A stretch of DNA of 64,000 bases, from positions 5,645 through 69,644 of the forward strand of contig JAJRZP010000139.1 in NCBI GenBank assembly GCA_024275195.1, written 5' to 3'. Positions 8,496 to 18,412 of the stretch are shown here, piece after piece. Position 1 is the first letter of the stretch. Every line of letters begins with the position of its first letter. The notes beneath the pieces are model-generated. The model was not told where the DNA came from. It worked only from the letters and a program-made list of their open reading frames with translations, and did no database searches. Origin of the DNA: Chloroflexota bacterium (lineage in GTDB: Bacteria > Chloroflexota > Dehalococcoidia > Lucifugimonadales > Lucifugimonadaceae). Made by a program: the position numbers and the translations under genes.

Positions 8496-9785
8496 CTACG
8501 GGTCGTCGCTGAAAAGTTCCTCCCAAGTTGGTAGATCGTTCGACTGCGGTCGATTCTGTAGAAATGGCATGCTGGAGCGAAGTAGTCGAGCATGCACGGC
8601 AGACGAACTGTTCAACGTTGGCACAGAGTGACCCTGCGTGAGTGGCTGACCGCCAACGACACCTGTTAGCGTCGGTGAAGCCTCTCTGCCGTCTTCTGCA
8701 CCTCTCGCATGCACTGCCACCGTGAAGCGACCAAGCCCGTCGGGAGCAATTAGCGACCCGATGCCTACCAGATCTTCTCGGGACTCACTTCCCGGCCCTC
8801 GCACGCCGGAAGTTTGCCGACTGATGTCGTTCAAAAAGTTATCGATTCCAAGATTCACCAAAAAATTAAGTTGGGGAAGCTTTCCGATTCGTCTGAAACC
8901 ATTGACCAGCAACGTGTGATCGACGGCAGTGAAATCGACATGCGCGGTGATGTCTTGTCTGCCCATCCGTATGAGAGGGTTCTGACCAAGCGTGTGCTGG
9001 TAGTAACAGCGGAGCGAACCATGCATGCGTTCCGGCTTGTACAGCTCCGGTCGGTCGTATCCGTAGTCGATAGTGACTACATATCCGTGTTTAAGAGTCG
9101 CTGATACAGAGTCAGACCAGTAGCCCAAGCGGAGATTCACTTCGCCTCGATACGATTCGGGTAGAGAGCCAAGAAATGGCTTAACCCGAGCGGCAATTTC
9201 GGGCTCGCTGACTTCGCCGATCACCTCCTCGAACTGCCCATCTCGATAGCCGACAAATATCTCTCGGACTTCGCCACTCTGGACAATGAATCGGTTTACC
9301 GGATGGGCGTCGAGTAACTCATTCGAGATAACACATCCTGTCACGCCAACAGGCAGTGCAGAGACTTGAGCGACATCGTTCGTGCCTGTCGGCGGGAAGA
9401 GATCGGTAGATACATACGATATCGATTGTGCGAACTCAGGCAGTTCTCGTTCTACATATTCCGAAATGTCCGACCCCAACACACCATCTCCTGCCCCCAT
9501 CTCAACAACGGTAAACTCACCGGGTGACCCCATGGTTCGCCACATTTCGTCGAGTTGTAGTGCCAGAAGTGCTCCGAATGCCGGGTGGCTGGACGGGCTT
9601 GTGAAGTAGTCGCCATCAGTACCGACGGGCGAGGATCCTCGCTGACGGCGGCGATTCGGGTAGTAGCCGTAGTTCTTGTCGTAAAGCACCGTATCCATGA
9701 ACGATTCGAACGTAATGGGGCCATGTAGACCAATGTGATCTATCAAGCGTTGCTCTAGCTGGCTCGTGTTGTCTGAAACGGTCAT
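8496..9785 (-). CDS. SAM-dependent methyltransferase, MidA/NDUFAF7 (DUF185) family
   Basis: 429 aa. The N-terminus GPITFESFMDTVLYDKNYGYY, FTSPSSHPAFG and VVEMGAGDG are characteristic of the family. Confidence 0.8.
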   Translation of the reverse strand: MTVSDNTSQLEQRLIDHIGLHGPITFESFMDTVLYDKNYGYYPNRRRQRGSSPVGTDGDYFTSPSSHPAFGALLALQLDEMWRTMGSPGEFTVVEMGAGDGVLGSDISEYVERELPEFAQSISYVSTDLFPPTGTNDVAQVSALPVGVTGCVISNELLDAHPVNRFIVQSGEVREIFVGYRDGQFEEVIGEVSEPEIAARVKPFLGSLPESYRGEVNLRLGYWSDSVSATLKHGYVVTIDYGYDRPELYKPERMHGSLRCYYQHTLGQNPLIRMGRQDITAHVDFTAVDHTLLVNGFRRIGKLPQLNFLVNLGIDNFLNDISRQTSGVRGPGSESREDLVGIGSLIAPDGLGRFTVAVHARGAEDGREASPTLTGVVGGQPLTQGHSVPTLNSSSAVHARLLRSSMPFLQNRPQSNDLPTWEELFSDDP

Positions 9786-10150
9786 TCTGTGAACGATACG
9801 TTAATATGTTGCGGAGAGAGGGTTGGCGTAATGAGGCTCGCCCGTACTGTCAGGTTGGACTACATCCCGAGCATTGTCGAACGAGTTTTTCAACATTGCG
9901 TTCAATCGTGGATATCCTGATCGTTGGACTCTTTAGATCAGTTCTCAATACTGGCGCAGCGTACCAAAGATACTGAATCCCGCACGACATCGCTCAGGGC
10001 GAGCAAGTTCAGTACGACAATTGCTCGCTGACAACGAAGCTGGGTCCCACGCCTTTTCCAGAGGATTTGAGAAGGGGGGCTGCATTACGGTCGATCCCGC
10101 CCCTTCCAACGGTGCAAAAAGAGCACCATCTGACCGAACCGTAAAAACCT

Positions 10151-11308
10151 TTATTCGCGGTCAGCTATCGGAACGTACGTTCGCTCACGCTCGCCTGTGT
10201 ACTGCAGCAGCGGTCGGATCAATATGTTGTGCTTGAACTGCTCAACAACCTGAATAGTCCAACCGGGGATGCGACCAACGGCAAAGATCGGTACGAACAG
10301 GTCCTGAGGGACGCCGTTGAGGTAGTAGATAACGCCGGCGAAGAAGTCGACATTCACATGAATACCACGCCGTGCGTACGGCTTCATTGCGTCGACGACT
10401 GCTTCGAGAATCAGGTACCACTCGGGCTGCCCCATCTCTTCGCTCAGTTTCTTCACGCCTTCACGAAGGTGTCCTGCCCGTGGATCTTCAGCTTTATAGA
10501 CGCGGTGCCCAAATCCCATGACGCGCTCTCGGTTTGAGAGGAGGTTTTTCACATAGTCGGCGGCATTCTCGGGTTTACCGATCTCTTTTGCCATCTGCAT
10601 CACATTCTCGGCCGCTCCGCCATGCGAGGGACCTGAGAGTGCTGCGATACCCGCGGTTACCGCGCCATGAATATCGGCTGCCGTACCGGCAACCACACGA
10701 GCGGTAAACGCCGATGCATTTGAACCGTGATCGGCATGCAGGACAAAATCTTTGTCCATTAACAACATCGCCTGTTCGCTCGGCTGCTTGCCATCGAGCA
10801 TGTAGAGGAAGTTACCGGCGTGGTTCAATGTCGAACTCGGCTTGACCGGGTCTTTACCCTGCCGGATGTTGTGATGGGCCATCACGATCGAAGGAACCTG
10901 CGATGTAAGTCGGTTCCCTTTTCGGATTGTTGCCTCTGCCGAGTTATCGTTTCGGTCTTCATCGAACGATGCAAGTGCCGATACCGCAGTCCGCAGGGCA
11001 TCCATCGGATGGGAATCTTTGACCAGTTCGATTACGTCGAAAATCTGTTCGGGAAGTTCGCGTGCTGCTTTTAGTTCGGCTTCAAATTCGTCGAGTTCGG
11101 CCTGCGTTGGAAGCGAGCCGTGGATAAGCAGGTATCCGGTCTCTTCGAACGTTGAGTTCTCGGCAAGATCATTGATGTTGTAGCCCCTGTATTCAAGGAC
11201 ACCATTCTTGCCATCGATAAAGGTCGTTTCACTCCTGTCGAAGTAAACGCCCGTTAGCCCTCGATGAATTGTGATGTCGTCGGTTGTCATTTGGGGTTGT
11301 CGATCCAT
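10151..11308 (-). CDS. gltA: citrate synthase (short type; 2-methylcitrate synthase not excluded)
   Basis: 385 aa with the GFGHRVYKAEDPRA signature and the HADHGSNASAF catalytic His region. Confidence 0.93.
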   Translation of the reverse strand: MDRQPQMTTDDITIHRGLTGVYFDRSETTFIDGKNGVLEYRGYNINDLAENSTFEETGYLLIHGSLPTQAELDEFEAELKAARELPEQIFDVIELVKDSHPMDALRTAVSALASFDEDRNDNSAEATIRKGNRLTSQVPSIVMAHHNIRQGKDPVKPSSTLNHAGNFLYMLDGKQPSEQAMLLMDKDFVLHADHGSNASAFTARVVAGTAADIHGAVTAGIAALSGPSHGGAAENVMQMAKEIGKPENAADYVKNLLSNRERVMGFGHRVYKAEDPRAGHLREGVKKLSEEMGQPEWYLILEAVVDAMKPYARRGIHVNVDFFAGVIYYLNGVPQDLFVPIFAVGRIPGWTIQVVEQFKHNILIRPLLQYTGERERTYVPIADRE

Positions 11309-11515
11309 CGTGACAGCCGCGAGGAAGCCACGCTATGAAATTTTTACTCGATAATTTACGCCGGGTGCGCTACTGCTACCACGCCATTTTATATGGCATG
11401 TGAAACTCGTAACAAGCGATTCGAGGCTACACCGTGTGCAATAGGCCGTCAAATTGACAGGCTATTGGAATTTGTGAGGTTTTCATGGGGTGAATTCTTG
11501 ATCCAAATCTTTCGC

Positions 11516-13270
11516 CTACGACCTGTCAGCGATCTCTGTCAGGAGCTTCTCGACTACTTCATTGACCGACATGGGATCGAGATTTTCACCGGTACGAGTA
11601 CGAACTGCCAGCGCACCAGCTTCAACTTCTCGATCACCCGCTACCAACATGTACGGTACCTTCTGTAGCTGCGCATGTCTGATTTTTGCGTTCATTCGAT
11701 CGTTCGAATCGTCTACCTGAACTCTGATTCCAGCCTCTTTCAGCTTCACTCCAACTTCGTTGCAAAAGTCGTTGTGTCGATCGGCGATCGGCACAACAAC
11801 AGCCTGTACCGGTGCCATCCAGAGCGGGAACGCACCTGCCAGATGTTCGATCAGCACACCCAGAAAACGTTCAAGCGAGCCATACATTGCACGATGAATT
11901 ACGACCGGCCGCTGACGAGTTCCATCTTCCGCGGCATATTCAAGATCAAAGCGCTCGGGAAGCGAGAAATCCAGCTGAACTGTGCCCAGTTGCCAGTCTC
12001 GGCCGATCGCGTCAGGAACAAATATGTCGATCTTTGGGCCGTAGAACGCCCCTTCACCAGCTTCCACTGAGTACGTCTGACCCGAGCTATCGAGTATCTC
12101 AGTCAGTGCAGCTTCAGCTTTGTCCCACATATCATCTGATCCGACCCGTTTTTCGGGACGCAGCGACAATTCGAAACGATAACTGTCGAAACCGAGTGTA
12201 GTGAAAGACTCTTCGACCATATCCAGGAACGAGAGAACCTCGGTGCCAATCTGATCCATCGTGCAGAAGATATGCGCATCGTCTTGAACAAATGACCGGA
12301 CACGCATCAGGCCGTGGGTCACACCTGAACGTTCGTTTCGATGCAGGCGCCCGAAGTCGGCCATGCGCATCGGCAGTTCGCGGTAGCTGTGTGAATCGGC
12401 GAGATAGAGCATTGCCGCCGCCGGGCAGTTCATCGGCTTTACGCCAAATTCTCGCTCATCTACGTCGACGAAGTACATGTTGTCTGCGTACGCCTCAAGA
12501 TGCCCCGATCGTTTCCACAGATCGGTATTGAAGATCTGCGGGGTCATAACTTCCTGATAGCCGTACTTCACGTAAAGCTCTTTCACATAGTCGATCAGGT
12601 TGTTCATGACCTGCGCACCCTTCGGAAGGAAGAACGGGCTTGCCGGTGCGATCGGATCGAAAAAGAACAGGCCAAGCGAACGCCCCAGCTTACGATGATC
12701 GCGTTTTTCGGCTTCTTCGATTCGCTTCAGGTATCCCTTCTGGGCGTCACGAGATTCCCAGGCCGTGCCGTAAATACGTTGCAGCATCGTGTTGTTTTCG
12801 TTGCCGCGCCAGTATGCACCGGCAGCCGAAAGCAACTTGCATGCCTTGATGTCGCCGGTGCGTTCCATGTGCCCACCACGACAGAGGTCTTCAAATGCGC
12901 CGTCGGCGTGGCTACAGAAAGTCACTCTTTCGTCTGCAGGGATTCCCTGCAATATTTCGACCTTGTACGGGTTGTCTTTGACCAACTCAAGGGCTTCATC
13001 GCGGCTCGTCTCCCGTTCGATGAACTCGGTATTGGCTTTGATCGAGTTTCGCATCTCAAGCTCTATCTTCTTGAGGTCGTCGGGAGTGAACGGCTCTGAA
13101 ACCGCGAAATCGTAGTAGAAGCCGTCCTCAATCGACGGTCCGATCGTCAATTGGGCATCCGGAAAAAGTTTGGTAACAGCTTCGGCGAGAACGTGTGCTG
13201 CCGAGTGACGCATACGGTCGCGGTGATCTTGCTGCTCTGCGGGTGAAAGGTCTTTGAACTTAACTGCCAT
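11516..13270 (-). CDS. thrS: threonine--tRNA ligase (no N-terminal TGS domain)
   Basis: Editing-domain HSAAH motif near the N-terminus, with class II catalytic and anticodon-binding regions. ATG at 13270 has GGAG 10 nt upstream and is preferred over the TTG at 13288 in the ORF track. Confidence 0.93.
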   Translation of the reverse strand: MAVKFKDLSPAEQQDHRDRMRHSAAHVLAEAVTKLFPDAQLTIGPSIEDGFYYDFAVSEPFTPDDLKKIELEMRNSIKANTEFIERETSRDEALELVKDNPYKVEILQGIPADERVTFCSHADGAFEDLCRGGHMERTGDIKACKLLSAAGAYWRGNENNTMLQRIYGTAWESRDAQKGYLKRIEEAEKRDHRKLGRSLGLFFFDPIAPASPFFLPKGAQVMNNLIDYVKELYVKYGYQEVMTPQIFNTDLWKRSGHLEAYADNMYFVDVDEREFGVKPMNCPAAAMLYLADSHSYRELPMRMADFGRLHRNERSGVTHGLMRVRSFVQDDAHIFCTMDQIGTEVLSFLDMVEESFTTLGFDSYRFELSLRPEKRVGSDDMWDKAEAALTEILDSSGQTYSVEAGEGAFYGPKIDIFVPDAIGRDWQLGTVQLDFSLPERFDLEYAAEDGTRQRPVVIHRAMYGSLERFLGVLIEHLAGAFPLWMAPVQAVVVPIADRHNDFCNEVGVKLKEAGIRVQVDDSNDRMNAKIRHAQLQKVPYMLVAGDREVEAGALAVRTRTGENLDPMSVNEVVEKLLTEIADRS

Positions 13271-13557
13271 ATCGAGTGGCTCCAGCAATAAGAAACGTGG
13301 TCATAATCACAAACGTTTCGCTTGGCAAGTTCTGACACGCGTTATTCGGTCGTGCCAGAACGAGGTGGAAGATTTACGTTTGAGGGGCACGTCGCCGAGT
13401 TGGCGGGCGGCGTGCCTACGTAGTCAACGTACTGCGCCCGTCCGACGGGCTGCACTCCAGTGTGTCGAGACGACCCGGCATAGCCGGTTCAAGCTCATCA
13501 GTGACTTGTATCTGCGACATATTGCACATTAGACCAGTTAATCCGCCAGTACGGATG

Positions 13558-13634
13558 TGGTGGGCGGTACAGGACTTGAACCTGTGACCTCGTCGATGTC
13601 AACGACGCGCTCTAGCCAACTGAGCTAACCGCCC
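13558..13634 (-). tRNA. tRNA-Val (anticodon GAC), CCA encoded
   Basis: The reverse complement is GGGCGGTTAGCTCAGTTGGCTAGAGCGCGTCGTTGACATCGACGAGGTCACAGGTTCAAGTCCTGTACCGCCCACCA. It folds into a perfect cloverleaf with anticodon loop TTGACAT. Confidence 0.93.
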
Positions 13635-13776
13635 GTAATCGGAGACCTAATTTTATATGAAAAGTACGGGTGTGCCGCTATAGCCGGTATCACGCATTTT
13701 CTGATCGTTCCTGCAATTCTCCACAGGAGTCAACCAACTTGCATGACGTCTAAATATTCGCCTTGATCCGTTAAAC

Positions 13777-13810
13777 ACGTAGCCCCCGGCAAGAAGACCG
13801 GGGGCTACGT
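13777..13810 (-). terminator. stem-loop terminator candidate downstream of rpoC
   Basis: ACGTAGCCCCCGG / CCGGGGGCTACGT form a perfect 13-bp stem with an 8-nt loop, 28 nt after the rpoC stop. The following U-tract is only weak (GUUUAA). Confidence 0.65.
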
Positions 13811-13837
13811 AATCGTCCTTTTCAACCACGTCGAGAA

Positions 13838-16800
13838 CTACTCGGCGGAGTTTTCGCCATCGCTATTGTCGCCCTCGTCCACAAACTGTGGCGCGGGCTC
13901 AACATTTTCTTCTGCCGTCGAAGTAGAAGCACGGAGTGCCTCGGCTGCCCTCGCTGCATCATCATCACCTGTTTCGGACGATTCGTCAGTCACCGTAGCT
14001 GCATCTGTCAGTGCGGTCACAGCTGCAAGAAGTCCACCGTCATCACTGGGCGATTCGGCCGATGTAACTGCGGCTGCGGCCGCGGCGGCAGCATCTCCAC
14101 CAACAGGAACACTCCGATCGGCACCAACACCAACCAGATCGCCACCACCGATAGCAGCCAGCGCCTCTTCGAACGTCGCCGGGGCCTGCGTGAAGCCGGT
14201 AAGTCGACCTTCTTCGCGCTCGCCCTCTTTGACACCGAGTCGCTCGCGACCCTCAGCCGTCTGATCCAGTCGGGCTGGAATCAGTCGACCAATGATCACG
14301 TTTTCCTTCAAACCGTTCAGCCGGTCAACAGATCCGTTCACAGCGGCCTCTGTAAGTACACGAGCGGTTTCCTGGAACGACGCTGCCGCCAGGAAGCTCT
14401 GGGTGTTGAGGGATGCCCTCGTCACACCGAGAAGTACCGGGCTTGCCGTTGCGGGCTCGCCACCTTCGGCAAGCATGTTGTTGTTTGTGAACTCGTAATC
14501 ATGCCTGTCGACCAGTTCACCCGGCAGCAGATCTGTGTCGCCGGGGTTGTCGACTCGAACCTTGCGCATCATCTGTCGAACAATCACTTCGATGTGCTTA
14601 TCGTGCAACTGCACACCCTGTGATCGGTAAACTGCCTGAACTTCGTCGACGAGGTAGCGCTGTACGGCAGCCTGACCTTCGATTCGAAGAATATCTTGCG
14701 GGTTTTTCGGACCATCCGTCAGAGCGACGCCCGGTTCGATCTTCTCACCATCTGCGACCATAATTTCCGAGGCTGCCGGTACAACGTATTCACGTTCGTC
14801 AGTCTCGTTCCAGGTGATTCGCACCGCGGTCTTTGTGACCTGAACGGTTCCGGCAACCGAAGCAAAAATCTCTTCGGCCAGATCTTCGTTCGTACCAGCC
14901 TTCACCGCGGCCGCCATGGCCGTCTTCTTCACGGAGAGTACTGCTTCGCCCGCGTCAACCCAGTCACCTGTCTTTATAGTCTGGCGGTGAGTGTCAGGTA
15001 TATCCATTTCCTCCGAGAACTCCTCAGAAGAAATAACCCGAACTACGCGGCCTTCTGGCATCTGGGCAAGTTCAACCTTGCCACCAATTTCCGAAAGTAT
15101 CGCCATACCTTTCGGCTGGCGCGCCTCGAACAATTCGACCACACGCGGCAGACCAGAAGTGATGTCCTTTCCCGCGACACCACCGGTGTGGAAAGTTCTC
15201 ATCGTCAACTGCGTACCCGGTTCACCAATCGATTGGGCGGCAATAATTCCTACCGCCTCACCCATGAGCGCCGGCGTACCCGTCGCCAGCGAAGCTCCAT
15301 AGCATTTTTGCGAGATACCCCGTTGGGTTGTACTTGAAAGCGGGGAGAATACCCATGCTTCCTTCACATTCGCCGCTACGATCTCATCGGCAATTTCGCG
15401 TGTGACCAGTTGGTCGCGATCTGCGATTATCTCTCCAGTTTCAGGGTGAACAACTGGCTCAGACAGATACCGGGTCACGATACGTTCGATAAGAGGAGCC
15501 TGCATGCCACCGGTTGAATCTTCAGAGATCAAGATCCCCTGTGCGCCCGGATCGTTCTCTGTCGTGATTATCACGTCCTGTGCCACGTCAGCCAGACGTC
15601 GGGTCAGGTAGCCCGAGTCGGCGGTCCGAAGCGCTGTGTCGGCGAGACCTTTTCGGGCTCCGTGAGTCGAAATGAAGTATTCAAGTACCGAAAGGCCCTC
15701 AGCAAAGCTGGAGCGGATCGGCATCTCGATAATCCTGCCCTTGGGGTCAGACATCAAACCACGCATACCAGCCATCTGCTTGATCTGGGCGATGTTACCT
15801 TTTGCTCCAGAATCGGCCATCGCGAAGATACCGCCATAGTTCGGCAGCGTATCTTCAACGGCCTTGGTCATTTTGTCCGAAACATCGGTCCATATTTCCA
15901 CAGCAGCTTTGTATCGCTCCGGCTCGGTAATCAAACCTTCGAGGTACTGCTCGTCGAGCCGGGAGATTTTCGTGTCGGCGGCGGACAGCAGCGACTGCTT
16001 CTGCGGCGGCACAACGATATCCTTCATCGCGATAGTGGTACCCGACTGGGTTGCGTACCTGAATCCGAGTGTCTTCAACTGGTCAAGCATCTTCGCAGTT
16101 TCTTTGTTGCCGTACTCGTTTACAACTTCTCCAACCAGAGCTTCGATCTCACCTCGGTCGAACAGATTATTGCGAAAGCCCATGTCGTCGGGAAGCGCCC
16201 TGTTGAAGATGATCCGGCCAACCGTCGTTTCTATCCACTCGCCATCTTCATCTCTTACGCGGATGATCTCGCGAAGCTTCACACGTTCGATGTCGTGTGT
16301 GAAACGTGCGTCCTCAAAACTTGCGAACATCTTCCGCTTCGCATTGCCTTCTTCGTCGCGCTCGACAGGTGTGAGTTCTTCGTTGTCGATACCGGTCAGG
16401 TAGTACATCCCAAGAACCATGTCGAGTGTCGGTGAAACGATCGGGAAGCCCGAACTCGGTGCAAGCATGTTGTTCGTTGAAAGCATCAGTCGCTGTGCTT
16501 CGAGAACCGCTTCTCTTGACAGCGGAACGTGAACGGCCATCTGATCACCGTCGAAGTCAGCGTTGAAAGCTGTGCAGACGAGCGGGTGTATTTGAATTGC
16601 CGATCCATCCACAAGTATCGGCTGGAACGCCTGGATACCAAGTCGGTGAAGCGTAGGTGCGCGGTTGAGCATTACCGGATGATTCTGGATCACTTCTTCG
16701 AGAAGATCCCAGATTTCCGGGCGTGCTCGCTCGGTCATTCGTTTCGCGCTCTTGATGTTGTGGGCGTATCCCTTAACGACAAGTGCGTTCATCACGAATG

Positions 16801-18283
16801 GCTTAAACAGCTCGAGGGCCATCTTCTTCGGCAGGCCACACTCGTGCATCTTGAGTTGTGGGCCAGAAATAATGACTGATCGTCCACTGTAGTCCACACG
16901 TTTACCGAGCAGGTTCTGGCGGAATCGTCCTTGCTTACCGCGCAACAGGTCGGTCAACGACTTGAGCTTGTGATTGTGGCTGCCCTGAATTGCGCGACCA
17001 CGTCGACCGTTGTCGATAAGTGCGTCAACGGCCTCCTGAAGCATTCGCTTCTCGTTGCGAATGATGATGTCTGGGGCCTGGAGATCGATAAGGTGTTTCA
17101 ACCGGTTGTTACGGTTGATAACCCTTCGATAGAGGTCGTTCAGGTCGCTCGTGGCAAATCGCCCGCCATCGAGTTGAACCATCGGGTGAAGCTCTGGTGG
17201 GAGAACCGGCAGAACGGTGAGAATCATCCATTCGGCCTTGTTGCCGCTCTTGCGGAAGGCTTCAACGACACGCAATCGCTTGATTGCCTTCTTGCGACGC
17301 TGGCCAGAAGTGTTACGAACCTGATCCTGAAGATCGACTCTAATCTCGTCCAGATTCGTGTTCTGAAGGATCTCCAGAACAGACTCCGCTCCCATTGATG
17401 CCTTGAATACCTGCCCAAACTTGTCCCTGAGTTCACGGAAGCGAGCCTCGGTGAGGAGATCCATCACTCGAATCGCTTCTAAATCGTCGATCTTGTCCTG
17501 AACATCAGCCTCAACTGCCGCTTTCTGTTCTTCCGTCAACTCGGTGAGCTTAGTCACGGCGTCTTCGCCCTTGAAGCTTGCGATCTCGGCTTTGTGAGCC
17601 TCTACCAACTCCGCTGCTTCTTTTTCAGCCTTCGCGAGTTGGGCTTTTGTCGGCTTCTTCTTCGGCTTGTCGATCTCGGCAAATTCCTTTGCGATACGAT
17701 CGGCCTCGACGCGGGCCTCGAAGAGCGACTGCATCGTGGTTCCGAGAGTCTCTTCGACGCTCCCACCAGCAAGGGATTCTTTTAGGTCTTCGCCGAGTCG
17801 GTTTACCTCGGCATCGCGATAAGCCTCAAGCTGCTCAATCGCGCTCTGGCGTGCCATGTCGTCGACCGATGTGACAACATACTGTGCGAAGTAGAGAACC
17901 CGTTCGAGATTACGTGGCGAGAGATCGAGAAGCAGGCCGAGGCGTGACGGTGTGCCTTTCGAGAACCAGATGTGTGCGACTGGTGCTGCCAGCTTGACGT
18001 GGCCCATCCGCTCGCGGCGAACCTTTGATCGAGCTACTTCTACGCCACATCGGTCGCAGATAACACCCTTGTAGCGGATCTTCTTGTATTTACCGCAGTA
18101 GCACTCCCAGTCCTTAGTCGGGCCGAAAATTCGCTCACAAAACAGCCCGTCTTTCTCCGGCCGCAGTGTGCGGTAATTAATTGTCTCCGGTTTGGTCACT
18201 TCTCCGTATGACCAGGCTCGAATCTGCTCTGGCGATGCCAGTGAGATTCTGATTGCGTTGAAATCGGCGCCAGACTGTGTCAT
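13838..18283 (-). CDS. rpoC: DNA-directed RNA polymerase subunit beta-prime
   Basis: 1481 aa with the Zn-finger [23 protein letters not shown], the [12 protein letters not shown] catalytic loop and conserved trigger-loop regions. It also has a 144-aa Ala/Asp/Glu-rich C-terminal tail. Confidence 0.98.
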   Translation of the reverse strand: MTQSGADFNAIRISLASPEQIRAWSYGEVTKPETINYRTLRPEKDGLFCERIFGPTKDWECYCGKYKKIRYKGVICDRCGVEVARSKVRRERMGHVKLAAPVAHIWFSKGTPSRLGLLLDLSPRNLERVLYFAQYVVTSVDDMARQSAIEQLEAYRDAEVNRLGEDLKESLAGGSVEETLGTTMQSLFEARVEADRIAKEFAEIDKPKKKPTKAQLAKAEKEAAELVEAHKAEIASFKGEDAVTKLTELTEEQKAAVEADVQDKIDDLEAIRVMDLLTEARFRELRDKFGQVFKASMGAESVLEILQNTNLDEIRVDLQDQVRNTSGQRRKKAIKRLRVVEAFRKSGNKAEWMILTVLPVLPPELHPMVQLDGGRFATSDLNDLYRRVINRNNRLKHLIDLQAPDIIIRNEKRMLQEAVDALIDNGRRGRAIQGSHNHKLKSLTDLLRGKQGRFRQNLLGKRVDYSGRSVIISGPQLKMHECGLPKKMALELFKPFVMNALVVKGYAHNIKSAKRMTERARPEIWDLLEEVIQNHPVMLNRAPTLHRLGIQAFQPILVDGSAIQIHPLVCTAFNADFDGDQMAVHVPLSREAVLEAQRLMLSTNNMLAPSSGFPIVSPTLDMVLGMYYLTGIDNEELTPVERDEEGNAKRKMFASFEDARFTHDIERVKLREIIRVRDEDGEWIETTVGRIIFNRALPDDMGFRNNLFDRGEIEALVGEVVNEYGNKETAKMLDQLKTLGFRYATQSGTTIAMKDIVVPPQKQSLLSAADTKISRLDEQYLEGLITEPERYKAAVEIWTDVSDKMTKAVEDTLPNYGGIFAMADSGAKGNIAQIKQMAGMRGLMSDPKGRIIEMPIRSSFAEGLSVLEYFISTHGARKGLADTALRTADSGYLTRRLADVAQDVIITTENDPGAQGILISEDSTGGMQAPLIERIVTRYLSEPVVHPETGEIIADRDQLVTREIADEIVAANVKEAWVFSPLSSTTQRGISQKCYGASLATGTPALMGEAVGIIAAQSIGEPGTQLTMRTFHTGGVAGKDITSGLPRVVELFEARQPKGMAILSEIGGKVELAQMPEGRVVRVISSEEFSEEMDIPDTHRQTIKTGDWVDAGEAVLSVKKTAMAAAVKAGTNEDLAEEIFASVAGTVQVTKTAVRITWNETDEREYVVPAASEIMVADGEKIEPGVALTDGPKNPQDILRIEGQAAVQRYLVDEVQAVYRSQGVQLHDKHIEVIVRQMMRKVRVDNPGDTDLLPGELVDRHDYEFTNNNMLAEGGEPATASPVLLGVTRASLNTQSFLAAASFQETARVLTEAAVNGSVDRLNGLKENVIIGRLIPARLDQTAEGRERLGVKEGEREEGRLTGFTQAPATFEEALAAIGGGDLVGVGADRSVPVGGDAAAAAAAAVTSAESPSDDGGLLAAVTALTDAATVTDESSETGDDDAARAAEALRASTSTAEENVEPAPQFVDEGDNSDGENSAE

Positions 18284-18412
18284 ATATGGCCGTTTCCTTC
18301 GCCTTCCGGGGATAAAACCCCTGTGGGCGGCTAAGCCCGAATAGTGAAACTGGCAGAGCCAGCGAATTGAGATGCCCCGGGTAGAAATCAGCCCGGGACG
18401 TTATTTGTTTAG

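Noticed and set aside
10071-10106. GC-rich hairpin (GAAGGGG...CCCCTTC) and a neighbouring 5-bp hairpin after the citrate synthase stop; also an 8-bp hairpin at 9999-10028
   Set aside because: They are plausible transcript-end structures, but the stems are imperfect and none has a U-tract. I did not list them as terminators.
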